A stretch of 63,127 nt of DNA, counting the filler, from Cercozoa sp. M6MM (lineage: Eukaryota; Protista; Endomyxa: Ascetosporea): assembly GCA_040357565.1 (NCBI GenBank). It is 10 parts of 10 records of this genome, joined end to end, with 100 filler letters (N's around TTAATTAATTAA, not from the genome) between each part and the next. Parts side by side here need not be neighbours in the genome. Positions count along the whole stretch, not along the records: positions 1 to 17,917 come from JBDODJ010000245.1; 9 more parts are not named here. One strand, written 5' to 3'. The position numbers were made by a program, and so were the translations under genes. A model generated the notes under the pieces. It searched no databases, was not told the DNA's origin, and saw nothing but the letters and a program-made list of their open reading frames with translations. Shown here piece by piece: positions 1-12,684 of this stretch (positions are counted from its first letter, which is position 1; the number at the start of each line of letters is the position of its first letter).

Positions 1-591
1 GCGCGTCGCTTTGCGGAACTTTCGCGCCTCTGTTCGACAACTGTACCCCCCTTTTTTCCCCCCCCCTTCCCCTTTCCCCCCCCCCCCCCCGTAGGTGGCA
101 GCAGGCGCGTGAACATGCGTGTAGGCACGAGGGCAAGTGCAAGTGCAAGACACTGCACGAGCACATGGAACGCGCCTTCCAGCTGGACCTGGATCTCGAG
201 TGGCGTGACTGCTCGCACGTCCGCGCGGACGACCTGCTGAGTGCGCCGGTCGACAGCGACGACGACGAGGACCGCACCTTCTTCGGTCGCGAAGCCTCCG
301 GAAACGCGCCGACCGACGTGTCGCTTCGTGCGCTGCGACGCGACTTCTCCGACCGACTCAAGCGGCGCGTGCTCGGTTTATTTTCTACCCTCCCCCTACC
401 CTTTATTTTCTACCCTCTTATTACCCCCTGCCCTACACCCAGAACGCCAACAGCCACGGGAAGAGTTCTTTTCCGAAGAACAAGATTGGGATGACCACTA
501 CAGCGACGACTTCGACACCAGTGGCTACGCGTCCAACGACGACGACTGTTTTGAAACTGACATGAGTTCCGAAGAATGTCACTCGTCCTAG
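1..591 (+). CDS. 3' end of uncharacterized multi-exon gene with acidic C-terminus
   Basis: GC-rich exons separated by C-rich GT-AG introns (43-93, about 376-442); last exon ERQQPREEFF...EECHSS ends at TAG 589-591. No family recognised. Confidence 0.55.
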
Positions 592-729
592 TTAGTGTCC
601 TTGATTTTCTTATCTAATCTGCAGACTCAACCAAAAATGGTGGCGTGTATAATAAGTCAATTAGGAGTCAAGTGCAATCCGCGCGAGGCGAAAAGCAACC
701 AACTACGACTCGGGAGAGGGGCAGGTCTC

Positions 730-3290
730 TTAGTTGAGGTCGCCACCCCAGTTGAAGATGAGGCCGAGCAGGCCGTTCTGCTTGCCGACAGCCACGAACG
801 ACTTGGCAAACACGAGCGAGATGATGGCCGACAGCTTGATGAGAATGTTGAGCGACGGGCCCGACGTGTCCTTGAGCGGATCGCCGACCGTGTCGCCAAT
901 GATAGCGGCCACATGCTCCGGCGAGCCCTTGCCCTTGCCTTCGCCGAGGCCGCCCGAGCCGATCCACTTCTTGGCGTTGTCCCAGGCACCGCCCGTGTTG
1001 GACGCCGAGATCGCGAGCTGCACGCCCGACACCAGCGAGCCGGCCAGCACGCCAGCCAGCGCGTTGACGCCAAACACAAAGCCCGTGATGAGCGGCGTGA
1101 GCATCACCAGCGCACCGGGCGCCACCATCTCCTTCAGCGACGCCGTCGTCGAGATCGCGATGCAGCGCGCGTAGTCCGGCTTCGACGTGCCCTGCAGGAT
1201 GCCCGGGTCGCGGCGGAACTGCTCGCGCACCTCCGTCACCATGGCGAAGGCCGCCGTGCCCACCGACTTCATCGTCATGGCCGAGAACCAGTAGGGCAGC
1301 ATGGCGCCCACCAGCAGGCCCGCGAACGTGAAGGCGTTCAGTAGGTTCACCTGGATGCCCGTCACCGTCACAAAGCCGCCGAACAGCGCCAGCGACACCA
1401 GCGCCGCCGAGCCGATCGCAAAGCCCTGCCGACATAAATATTACATCTAGATACATATACACATATAAATAGACAAGAGGCAAACGCACCTTGCCAATGG
1501 CGGCCGTCGTGTTGCCGGCCGCGTCCAGAGCGTCCGTGCGGTCGCGCACGTCCTCGCCGAGCTCGGCCATCTCGGCAATGCCGCCGGCATTGTCAGAGAT
1601 CGGGCCGTACACGTCGATCGTCAGGCCGATCGTCATGGTCGACAGGATGCCGAGCGCGCCCATGGCCACACCGTACATGCCGGCCAGCTCGAGGCCAACA
1701 ATGACGACAAAGCCGATCAGAGCAACCGGCACAATCACCGACTTGTAGCCGAGCGCCAGGCCGTAGATGATGTTGGTGGCGGCACCCGTCTCGCACGAGC
1801 GCGACACTTCACGCACCGGCTCGTACGAGTGCGACGTGTAGTACTCCGTGATGAGACCAATGAAGAGACCCGACCACAGACCGGCCGCCAGCGCGAAGAA
1901 CACGTAGTAGTTCTTGACCGACTGCGTGCCGTCGCCGCCCGTGATCTCGAACTCCTCCGGCAGGCACATCCACGAGATCGCGAACAGCACCGGCGTCATC
2001 ACGATCGTGCTGAGCCACAGCTGCGCCTTGAGCGACGGCTCCACGTCGGCCTTGACCGCCACCTTCTTCACGTGCGTCGCGTAGAACGTGCACAAAATGC
2101 AGCCCACAATGCCCGTGGCCGTCACCAGCAGCGGGAACAGCAGCGCCAGCTTGCCGCCCTTCAGGTACAGGTCCAGCGACTGCGCGCCAATCACCAGTGC
2201 CGCGCACGTCGCCTCGCCGAACGAGCCGAACAGATCGGCGCCCATACCGGCAATGTCACCGACATTGTCGCCCACGTTGTCGGCAATCACGGCCGGGTTG
2301 CGCGGGTCGTCCTCGGGAATGTTGGCCTCCACCTTGCCGACCAGATCGGCGCCGACATCGGCCGCCTTCGTGTAGATGCCGCCACCGACACGACCGAACA
2401 TGCCGATAGCCGAGCCGCCGAGACCAAAGCCGGCCACGGCCTCCATGAAGTACTCGCGCACGTGGTCGTCCACCAGCTCCGTGTAGTACAGGCCGAACAG
2501 CTCAATCACCACATAGGCCACCAGCAGACCGAGCGCCACGAGGCCAAAGCCCATGACGGCACCGGCCTTGAAGGCCACCTGGAAACCCGCGCCGATCGAC
2601 TGACGCGAGCGCAGCGCCGTGCGCGCGTTCGCGTACACGCCAATCTTCATGCCGAGCAGGCCAGACACTGCACAAATATATAACTATATATATACGTATA
2701 TATATATATATAATATAAATATAGAGATAGGCGAGGGTACGGATCGACGTGAGCGAGCCAGCCACGAAAGCAACGGCCGTGAGCACGCCCTGGACCCACG
2801 AGTCCGAGGCCTCGTCAGCGACGCCAATCACCACCACGATGAGCACCGAGAACACGGCCACGAACACGGCCATGTACTTGTACTCGGCGTACAGGAACGA
2901 GTGCGCACCCTCCCAGATGGCCTCGTAGATGTCGCGCACCTTCTGCATCGTCGCCACCGGCGACTGGTCGTCCGACTGCACCAGCAGCCTGTCCACCGCC
3001 ACAAGCACATGCATCAGCTCGGAATACACACACCACCAGAGACACAGAAGCCCAAGTTACGACTCGCCGCCGTCCTCAGCATTGTCCTCCAGGGACACCG
3101 TGCTCACATCGTAGGCGAACCAAGCCGCAAACGCAAAACCGGCAGCTGCGCCGATCAGAACGAGAAGGGTCACCACCTGCACACGCCACAGACATTTAAA
3201 AAAAAAAACTCACTCCTGAACCACACCAACACGGGAAACCAAAATGGTCAACAAAAAACCCGTGGCCCAGAAACCTGCTCCAAACTCCAA
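730..3290 (-). CDS. Vacuolar/acidocalcisome H+-translocating pyrophosphatase, K+-dependent (type I)
   Basis: Motifs [45 protein letters not shown] and [23 protein letters not shown] (Ala, not Lys) marks the K+-dependent class. GT-AG introns at about 1426-1489 and 2668-2740. Start codon uncertain (3290-3504). Confidence 0.97.
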
Positions 3291-4018
3291 ACGCTGCACG
3301 ACACGCACCAAGCTGCTGCGTCACACGCACAATGCACTGTTCGGCACCCCGAGCGTCCGCAGATCAAAACACGCACGGAAGTGCGACAGATCGTCCAGAC
3401 TCACAGGCACACCACAGGCCTCTTTGCAGCTTGGTGTGACCGTGTGCAGCGCGGGACACGTCTCAGGACCACGAGAAAAACGCGGCACGCGCCAAATTCA
3501 CCATAGAACCGCGCAACGTACCCAACCCGTTTCCGGGGTATCGGCAACCATCGTCGAAACGGTAGAACTCCTAATCAAAATTTTCGAGAAATTCCGTTAT
3601 TGAATTTCGGCGCTCCGGCCGGGTTTTTGCTTCGAGGACAGTGAGTGGTCGCGTTCTGTCGCGCTGCTTCTGCTTGAGCTGGCGTCACTTAACCTTAACA
3701 CACCAACAAGGTTGTCGAATACGCTTGATCCGAGCGGAATCTGCGGCACACGCCCATGACCATGCTCCGATCTGTGACCACAAAGTCCGGCGTGACCTGG
3801 CCGTTTCCTAAGCTCGCACCGTGTCTGTGGAGCTGACAACATTGTGATTGTGGGCAATCTAAGATAGCACACGGTAGCACAGTAGGATCTGATCGGTCAC
3901 AGCGATTTTTTCAAGAATCACGAAACGCAAAAATACTCAAGTTGCTGCGTTGAGGTATTTAGACCGCGGTCGATTTTAGAGAAACAGGGAACACCTGAGA
4001 CCAGAAAATGTGTCTAAT

Positions 4019-5216
4019 TTACTTGGGCGCCAGGAGGATGTTGCTGTTCTCGGGCAGCCAGGTGACCGACTTGGACTGCGACATCTGGAGGGCAATGTCG
4101 CGCGCCACGTCGATCGACTTGATGCGCAGGTAAGCGTTGCCTGCGTCGTTGAGCGCCTCCTGCACGAGGCGGGCAGAGTCGGCCTCACCCTCGGCCATGA
4201 TGGCGACGGCCTCGGCCTCGAGCTTGTTCATCTCGACGATGTACTCGGATCGCTCGGCCATCTGCTCCTGCACCTGCTTGCGCTCGATCGACTCTGTTCA
4301 AGCAACTCACGCCGAGGTAGTAGAGAAAGCATGGGAGGCAAAGAAAAGCCCAAGCTTACGCTGGAAGTCCTTCATGAAGGCGAGCTCGGTCATGGCGACA
4401 TCCTCCAGCAGCAGGCGGTACTGACCGGCACGCTGCACGAGCTGGTTCTTGATGGCGCGCGAGATCTCGTCACGGTTGAGCATGAGCTCGTCACTGCGAC
4501 CTCACACAGTCAGCGAACAGCACTAAAGCAAAGCCAAGGAGAGCAACACGCACCTGAGGTACTGCGACACAACGCTCTTGACCACGTCGGGCACCATGGT
4601 GCCCAGCAGCTTCTGATCGTACGTCGTGTTGTACTCCTTCAGCAGGTAGGCCACGGCCTCCGGCTCCGGACGGAACAGGATACGGATCGTGATCTTGACC
4701 TGCTGCAGGTCCTTGGTCTGCGTCTGCGTCGGCAGCGAGAACGGCCGCGTGCGCACGTCCTACCCACCATCACACACATAAATCACTAAACATCAAGTCA
4801 CATAAACAAAGGTTGAGGGGGTAAAAGGAGAAATAAAACAGGCCAGTCAGACTTAAGGGAGAAAGTGAAATCTTTCTTTAGAAAGCTCAGCTACCATAAG
4901 TGTCGGCTGCTGCAGCACCGGAACGATGAAGCGCGTGCCTTCGTCGTCGACATCCGGAAGCACACCTCTCGACAGGTCGTAGATCACACCTCGGAAGCCC
5001 GGCTCCACCGTGTAGATGCACGACGACACCGCGCCCAGAGCGGCCAGCGCAACGACGCCGGTGCCGACCAACTGTGCCGACAACACAAACACACGTCAAA
5101 TTTAAAAAACGATCAGACTGGCACACATTCCCACACATTCACACATTCCCAATCCAGAAACAACTCTCGCTTTCTAGAAGAGTTAGGAAATGCTCACGCC
5201 ACACGCCACAACACAT
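4019..5216 (-). CDS. PHB1: Prohibitin (PHB1-like, SPFH domain)
   Basis: Spliced exons read IYTVEPGFRGVIYDLSRGV..EGTRFIVPVLQQPTLM|DVRTRP..TKDLQQVKITIRILFRP..IERKQVQEQMAERS..AEGEADSARLV. Start uncertain. Confidence 0.9.
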
Positions 5217-5519
5217 GGCACACGCGTGCCCTCCCTCACGAGCAATCGCGACCCGCGACTCGCAAAAAGCGCAAATGCGGCACACAAAGCTCTAACGCAC
5301 CTTGGTAGCCTTGCTAGCCATATTCTTCTGTAGTTTCAACTGTGAGATAGATCGTAGTGCCCACAATCCCTGTGTCGCCTGACCTGTCCGGAAATCGAAT
5401 CGAATCCTGGAATAGTTTTAATTTTTTGTCTATTTGTACGAATATTGTGGCATCACAGATCAACAGCAGTCGTCGGCGATTAGTGTTTCTAGGCACTGGA
5501 GGGGTTTGATTTATTCAGC

Positions 5520-6318
5520 ATGCGGCTGTTGGCGTGGTTGCTAGCCCTTCTGGGGCTGGTTGTAGCCACGACTCCTGGTGACGCAGGCGAGAAGCCCGTG
5601 AAGTTGGACGCGCTGGACCCCGTGGGCTACCGTCCCTGGAAGGCGCCACGTGTCACGAGCAACTACCCGAAACTGCGGCCCACGTGGCTGTACACAATGT
5701 CGGTGGGTCGATCGAACCTGCAGATCTATTCGCTACACGTGAGTGGTCCGTCTCGCGTCTCGATCTGGCTCAAGGTATTTTCTTTGTTTGGGCTCATGTT
5801 TCTGTATTTGTCTGCGTCTCCTAGGCTCACAAGAAGTCGCAAATTGGTCTCTTGTTGACCAAGGCGGACGCACCAGCGCCTCCGCGCGGTCTGAGGCGCT
5901 ATTCTCCTGCCGAGTACGACGAGTGGCACTTCCGCGCGGACGCCAAGGACGAAAGTGAGACCTGTCTCGTCCTGCAAGGTGATGCTCTGGAGGAAGGTGT
6001 GTATCACCTGGGCATTCTCGGAGGCGCTGCCTTTGCCTCGGAAAACCAAAGTCGCAACGGACACGACTGGCAGGTGTGCTTGCAAACAAGCGTGTTTTGT
6101 ATTTTGTATTTTCTGTATTTTCCTGTATTTTCTAGATCCAATTCGACGGTACGCTCGAGTGTGGTCCGACGGCTTCGCATCCCAACGTTAAGCTTGTCGT
6201 AATCGGTGATGAGCCTGTGGACTACACGCCACGACACTCGCTGGATTACCAGGACGCTGACAATCTGGGTGAGCGAATCGGTCTGATTGAGGACGAATTC
6301 CGCCATGACTCTCTTTGA
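5520..6318 (+). CDS. Uncharacterized secretory-pathway protein (signal peptide; C-terminal RHDSL, HDEL-like)
   Basis: Signal-like N-terminus MRLLAWLLALLGLVVA. Two phase-0 GT-AG introns (about 5775-5863 and 6074-6135) give one frame ending ...IEDEFRHDSL-TGA. Confidence 0.75.
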
Positions 6319-6973
6319 GTCCGTCAGGTCGAGCTTGACTGTTTTTGGTAACTAAGGCATCAGTACTACCAGCGCACGGGTTGCACGAACACGTACAGTA
6401 CGCCAGCAGATCCTGATCGTGACGAGGAAATTGTTCTGTCCGTTACGACGGTGCAAGCAACGGTGCAAGCAGGTGTGCCAATATACACCGTCCGTCCGAT
6501 CACGATTGTATTTTCACGATTTGGCCCGCACGTTGTTTGCACGCTAACTAACTCAACCGACAGCCCCTCCGAACAAAACAAAAGAGATACCGTGGCTTCG
6601 GCGCATTACAGTAGAAAGTTTCCGGCTGGGTTCAAAAAGGATCAAGATGACAACCGAAACGGTTCTTGATGGTTCATGCCATGGCTTTGATAGCCAACAA
6701 TCGGTCGGCACGATCGTCTTGTTGGCCTTTCTGACGTGAGTTTGCTGGCTCTAGAGCTTCGAGGCTGTCCAGATCACTCGTGCTCGAGGTCAGAGGCCTC
6801 TTTACTTCTCGTCGTGAACTGTTGTTGCTTTTTGTTTGGGCATCGTCATCCAAAGACAAAGACGAAACACAACACGTGTTGGTACAAGGGTACTTGTAAC
6901 TTGAATTCTTTGTGTTGAGCAACTGACGGAGGCAGTGAGTGTGTAGTTGAACGAAACTACTGGCCGATCTATA

Positions 6974-7795
6974 ATGACGTCGACGCTACCGTCCCTGTCG
7001 ATTCCGGAGCGTCTCAAACGGAAACTCTCGCCTCGTTCCAGAGTATCGACCCCCCCCCCCGTAACAATAGCTGTACCCACTGCTATCCGTGTAGCCAATG
7101 GTACAAACACCGCCAGTTCCGAGCCAGAAAATGTCGCTGCCGGCTCGGCTGAAGCGAACGCTGTCGCCTCGAGTAAGTCCAGTCGATGGGTCTCGCAAGT
7201 AGGAATCTTTGTATTGTGAAACCACTTCTGCGAATGCTGTAACAGGCATTCCGACGAAGGGAGAAAGCCCCTTCGTCACAGTTGCTGCACGAGCTGCCTC
7301 CAGAAGTGTTGCAGCACGTGTGTATGTTTCTTTCTGCTGGCCGAGTGGCCTCACTCGCGGTAAACTGTATCTGTAAAGTGTATCAATGACTCGCTGTTGT
7401 TCAAACCGGGTATCTCAAACTTGCACAGTCGTCTTCCAAGCATATTTATGAGCAAACGCGTAAAATTCACCTCTCCTCAACCGGTTATTGATATCAGTGA
7501 TGGCCCCCCCCCCCCCGTACAGAGTCCGACCGACTGTGGAAACGACTTCTCCAACGCGACTTTAACCAACGCAAGCCCGAGCTTCCCGAGAAGTACAAGC
7601 GCACGATGGCTTTCGCATGTGCACGCGAGTACTACGCCTACTTGTACGGCCGTAAACGCTACAGGCGACAAGTGCTCCGCGAGCGTCGTGCTATCATGGT
7701 AAATTTTCTCCAACTTTTCAAGCTTAAAGTGTTGGACTTCCTATTTCTGCGTCGCTCTACAGAAAAGTCTTGAAGACCAAGACTCCGATCGCTGA
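6974..7795 (+). CDS. Small F-box protein
   Basis: Not visible in the ORF track. After splicing the sequence reads LLHELPPEVLQHVCMFLSAGRVASLA|SSSKHIYEQT|QSDRLWKRLLQRDF, matching the F-box consensus (LP.E.L..I..FL...SK...D.LWK). Ends KSLEDQDSDR-TGA. Confidence 0.75.
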
Positions 7796-8161
7796 AGAAC
7801 GACTGACGCTTCTTTTCCGATGATTTTCCCTTTTGACTGTTCCAAGAGACTTTGACACAGCGTTCCCGGCTTCGCTTTGAATTGTGTTGATTGATCACGA
7901 TCTCCGCGTACTTAGGACTAATGAGTTCTGTGACTGTCACTTAAGTTATTTACTATTCGTGATACCCCTTTAAATTAACTACCTCTTACTGCGCATTGTT
8001 CAACCAAGCAACCCACGATATTCACGATATTTTTTTTTGTGTGAGGCTTGGTCGATTCCACAAACATTGTTTTGAGCATTACAGAAGTGCGACAATAGGA
8101 CTTGCCCGGCTCTGTGAGCAGCCTACGAGTGCTGTGCACACACGTGCACACAGATTTGGCA

Positions 8162-11100
8162 ATGTTTGCCTTTCGGGTTGGTGGTAATCACATCCGCGCG
8201 GACGACTTGTCCAGTGTCGTTCCTCGTGTGACTGCCGCTGACGTTGCAGATGGTATGTCCGCCAATTTGTCTGCCCGGTAGTAGTATTTGCACATGTACG
8301 CAGGTGTCCTTGCACTCGGCACGCAATCAGGCGCAGTGCATGTGCTACGACTGCAGCGTTTCTCTCCGTGGTCACATGGATCCGCGCGGACCGGGCAACT
8401 GCTAAAGTTGATCCCAGCCTCGGTGGTCGAAAATGCTGCAGTGACGTGCATTTCATTCTGTCGACACTTGCCGCAGTTTTTAGTCATCTCAGCGGTACGC
8501 GCCAGGTTCTTGAAGTTATTAATTTTTTGAATCTTGCTTCGAAATGCAAAGGCGAATGGAATCGTTGCACTTGTGCACTGCGACTGGATGAAGCATGAAA
8601 GACGACGTTTGCGCGTTCTTCACAAAACAAAGGGGCATTCTGCTGGTAGGAAAATCGCTTTCTGTACCAACAAGCGCTTTTTGCTGACGTTGTGTTTTGG
8701 ACAGAAGCGCGAGTGAGTGCGCTCAAATGGACGCACAGCGCGGTGTTTTCGGGCGATGCCTCGGGCGTGGTAATGCGCTCGGCCGTCCCCGGGGTGACTT
8801 TTGCCCAGTTGAACGAAGCTTTGCGTGCTGGCACCGGTTTAGAAATGCGAAATTTCGTCACAACGCGTGTACTCAAGTGCGAAAGCTCGATCGTGCAGTT
8901 TGCTTCGGCTGATTCAAAACAGCTGCTCGCGATTTCGACGCTAAAACGCGTGATTTGCATCAACACAGGTAGCTTTCGTTTAAGTTACGTTTGTTGTCCT
9001 AGTTTAGTGTATTCGCAGAGAAAACCACGGGTGCGACGCAAGTGGGCAAAAAGCTTCGAAATGGCCAGTTCGGTGTTTGTATCGAAGAAAAGGACGAAGA
9101 AGTTTTTCAGTAAGTTCCGCATCTTACTTCTGTTCAGCATCACTAACTAACTCAACCTTTGGTCTAACAGACTTTTGTGCGCTCGGAAAGGACGTCGTTT
9201 GTGGCGCGCCGGTGCCGACGGAACCGTGGCTGCCACGCTCAAGTTCTCGCCCAACGCAAACGCTAGCGCGAGCTTCGCCGGCGCGCAGCTGCAACGAGAT
9301 TCGAATTGGCTGCGTCGCACAGAGGAAACCCTCGAGTTGGGTGGTTTCTCGGCGCTTCACTTGCTTCGCAACAGTGATGGAGTGCATTTCGACGAGGACA
9401 AAGATTACTTGCCATGCGATCTGACTGGCTCGCTTTCAAGTCACTCAAGTGTTGCTGCCTCCGGCAGCGGCGAAGCTTCTCCGCCGCGCGACGGTGAGTC
9501 TCACGTCGAAAACTTGAAAGCAAGCTGCATATCTGACGGACACGAGGACGAAGTGGACGAGTCGATACTGCAGGCAGAAGGGTCGACAATGGTGCTGACA
9601 CACGACGGTGCTCGGCTCGCTTTCGTTGACGTGACTGGTGTATCGGTGGCCGCGCTGATCGGTGGCTTCGGACATATCGAATCGCTCGCGGTTTATCGAA
9701 GCGATGTGGTGCTTCTGCACCGCTTATCGGCGGACTCGAAGGAGGCGCGAGTGACGCGACTCGAGTTGGTGCCGCTTGTGCCGTGGTGCGGTCACATCCT
9801 GCACTCACCAGTCGGTGCGCGACTCGCGTGGAAACTCGTGCGCAAACACGAGTTCTTGTCGCCCTTTCTTTTGTCTGCACTGGCCGACTGCGAGCAGCGC
9901 GGCGTGCTTCGACTCACTGCTGATGAAAGTACTTCATTTTGCTGTGTCGTGTCATGTCTTGTTCACCTCCTACCCCTGATCAGTTGCCGGACTGCAAGCA
10001 GCGCTGAAGCACACGCAGCAGCAAATTCACACGGCCGTTCCGAACGCATCATCGCCCGAGACGTCTAAGAACAAGCTGTCGCAGAAACTGTCGTCGCTGC
10101 GCCTGCAGATGACGTCGTCGCTCAAGGACATCCAGAAGACACTCACGCAGAGCACATCGGCGCCGTCGCAACCTTCCCCTCCACCCTCGACCGAGTCACT
10201 GAAAGAACACGTGCCAGAGTCGAATGCTGTGGCCACTGCGCCGGTCGCTATCGCTTCCTCACCGACTCCACAGGCTCCGTTGGTCGGTTCTATCGGCTCA
10301 CCCTCGGAGGATGCAGGTGTCCTCACTGGCTCGTTTGTACCCGTGCAACACCGTCGTAGCCAGTACGCGCTTGTCTTTCCTCAGTTGGTGTTGAGGCTAT
10401 GATGATGAGCACACCACGTGATCGAGTAGGAGTGCCGACGTGCGACAGGAGGCAGCTGTGCTACTGCCGAAACCGTCGAGTATGCCACGCGTGGTGCCGC
10501 CGCGTTTGGCGCGCACTCGTTCGCGCACGCGCAGGGCACACGCCAAGCTGCGTGTCATCGCCATCGAGTCGCCTCAGAAAGCCAAGCGGTACATGTCCTT
10601 TCTTTGTACCATTTCCCTATCCTATTGCACCTTACTGTGTCTGACTGCAGTGCCCGCTCATCACCGATCGCGCCGCACGTGTACACGAAAAGCAACGTGG
10701 CCGAACTGCGTCGCATCGCGCAGCTCCTCCTCCGTCACGGCAATCTGACTGGCGGTATGACTGACGGTACGACTGGCGGTATGACTGATGTTTGACTGAT
10801 GATTTGACTGATGGTTTGACTGAGGGTTCCACTGCCGTTTTGACAGACGGTTTGACCGATGGTGACCGTGCGGTTGTGAGCGAGTTCGAGAGCGAGGTGG
10901 CGCTGTCGTTCGCCGAGAACGATGTGCTGCTGCGGTGGCAGCTGCAACAGCACGCCGAGAGTGCCGACGCCGAGTTCGTGGCGCGCTTCGCTGCGCGACA
11001 CCTGGAGTCTCTCGACGTGGCACGTGTTGTGGCTGATCACATTGGAGACACTGACTGTGACACTGACGGTGATACCGAGGGTGACACCCGGGAAAGTGAC

Positions 11101-12540
11101 CGTGTGCGACGGTTTTGGCAGGTCTTCCTGCGCAAGGCGGTGCCGCGCAACGAGACGCTGTTGCAGCTGTTCGAGTACACGCGGAGCGAGCGGCATGACA
11201 TGGCGTGCACGGCACTCATGTCGCTGCTGCGGCAGCCCGAGCTGGCCGAGCACACGCGGCGACTGCTGGCACTTTTGTGGCGACGCGTGGCTCCCGGCGC
11301 ACTCGAGGTCTCGCGTGACTCCACGCCGGCCTCGGCTGTACTCTACCCCTTCTCTACCCCTCCCCCCGAGCTACCCTTGTACCCTGCCGGTCTGCTATAG
11401 GTTTTCACGTCGGCGCTGCGACTGCAAGAGAGTGTCTCGGTGTCGCAAGTGATGCGACTGGTGTGGCGATTCGCGCCGCCTGTGCCACCGGCGATCAGTG
11501 TACGCGTGTTCTCGGAGATGCCAGTGTCGAACACGAGTGGGCACTCGAGCCGACACGAGGTGTCCTCGGTATGGCGTCGCACATTGTACAAGCGTGCCTT
11601 GGCCTACCTCCATAGCGTCGCACATGCGAGTGAAGCGCACTCGCCGCACAGCGACTACGCCGAGACCAGTGACATGAGCATCTACACTGTTGGCGACGCC
11701 CGCGGTATCGAACACCTCGAGCTGCAGCGACTCCTCTTCGTGGCGTGCTTCGCCTTTGCTCTCCTGCAGTCGGCCGACGAGAAGACGCGCACGCGACGCA
11801 CGCGCAGTCGCACGCACAGCTTCTCGAGTGTCAACGCCGCCAACGACACGGTAGATCACGCGCGTGTGCTGCGTACTGTGATTGGACAGGTCGACGAGCG
11901 TGCTCGCAATGCACTCAACATGGCCAAGCGGCAACTCTTCTCGGCGTTGGAGGTGCACTCTCTTTTGTATACTTGTGAGGAAGCGTTGACTCTCTCTGTT
12001 GCTAGGTTGAGAAACTCTCGCTGCTCGCTCGCAATTTCAAAGACTGGCAGTGCGTGTTTGCCGCCGATTTTGTACGTGCCTTTTGGCTGCTTGACACTCA
12101 CTTCACTGAGTGATGTCGTTAGGTCCAATTGCGGCCGTCGTTTGACATGCTGTGGGAGACACAAAATGGCGCCGCTTTCGCTGAGATGCTCGGTGATCTC
12201 ATCGGCGTCATGCAGCACTACCGCGACCGTGTTTCGGTAGCATCTGTTGTCTCTGACTGCACGTTGTCTGACTGTCGAGTTTCTTCTTGTTCCTGCAGGT
12301 TGATCTGCCGCTGTACAAGGTGATCAGACGAGCACTTGAACTTGACTATGCCAACGATGTCGTTCAGCTGCTCCTGGGATACGGTACATGCAGTGTTGGT
12401 GTTTGCTCCTGCCAGTACATTGTGTTTCTGTAGAAGGTCAGCGCGTGGTGTCGGAACTGTTCGAGATGGCCTGCAACGAGAGCGACGACGTTGTGGAACA
12501 ACTTTCGCAGCTACCCTGTCTTTGCGTGGCTCGAACTTAG
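8162..12540 (+). CDS. HPS5/TECPR2-like WD40 beta-propeller protein
   Basis: N-terminal GVLALGTQSGAVHV, VSALKW..VFSGDASG, CESSIVQF..LLAISTLKR, QVGKKLRNGQFGVC and LCARKGRRLW..DGTVAATLKF resemble the HPS5/TECPR2 propeller. Many GT-AG introns; stop TAG at 12538-12540. Confidence 0.72.
10745..10863 (+). repeat. 12-bp tandem repeat (consensus about TTGACTGACGGT, ~10 units) spanning an exon-intron-exon junction
   Basis: Units begin at 10745, 10757, 10769, 10781, 10793 (11 nt), 10804, 10816, 10828, 10840 and 10852. Confidence 0.85.
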
Positions 12541-12684
12541 CGCTTTGTGTTAGTTTTAAGATAGTTCCGATAAGTATCTAGCTACAACAGTATTAAGAGG
12601 AAGGAAGGAGGGAATACAACACAAAAACAATCGTAGCCAGCCAGTTTGAGTATTGGGCTGCATTTTGTGTCTGTGATTGTTGAA

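Noticed and set aside
668-2683. Long overlapping or antisense ORFs and an apparent frameshift in the H+-PPase
   Set aside because: The frame change is explained by a 64-nt GT-AG intron at about 1426-1489; antisense ORFs are shadows of high-GC3 codon usage.
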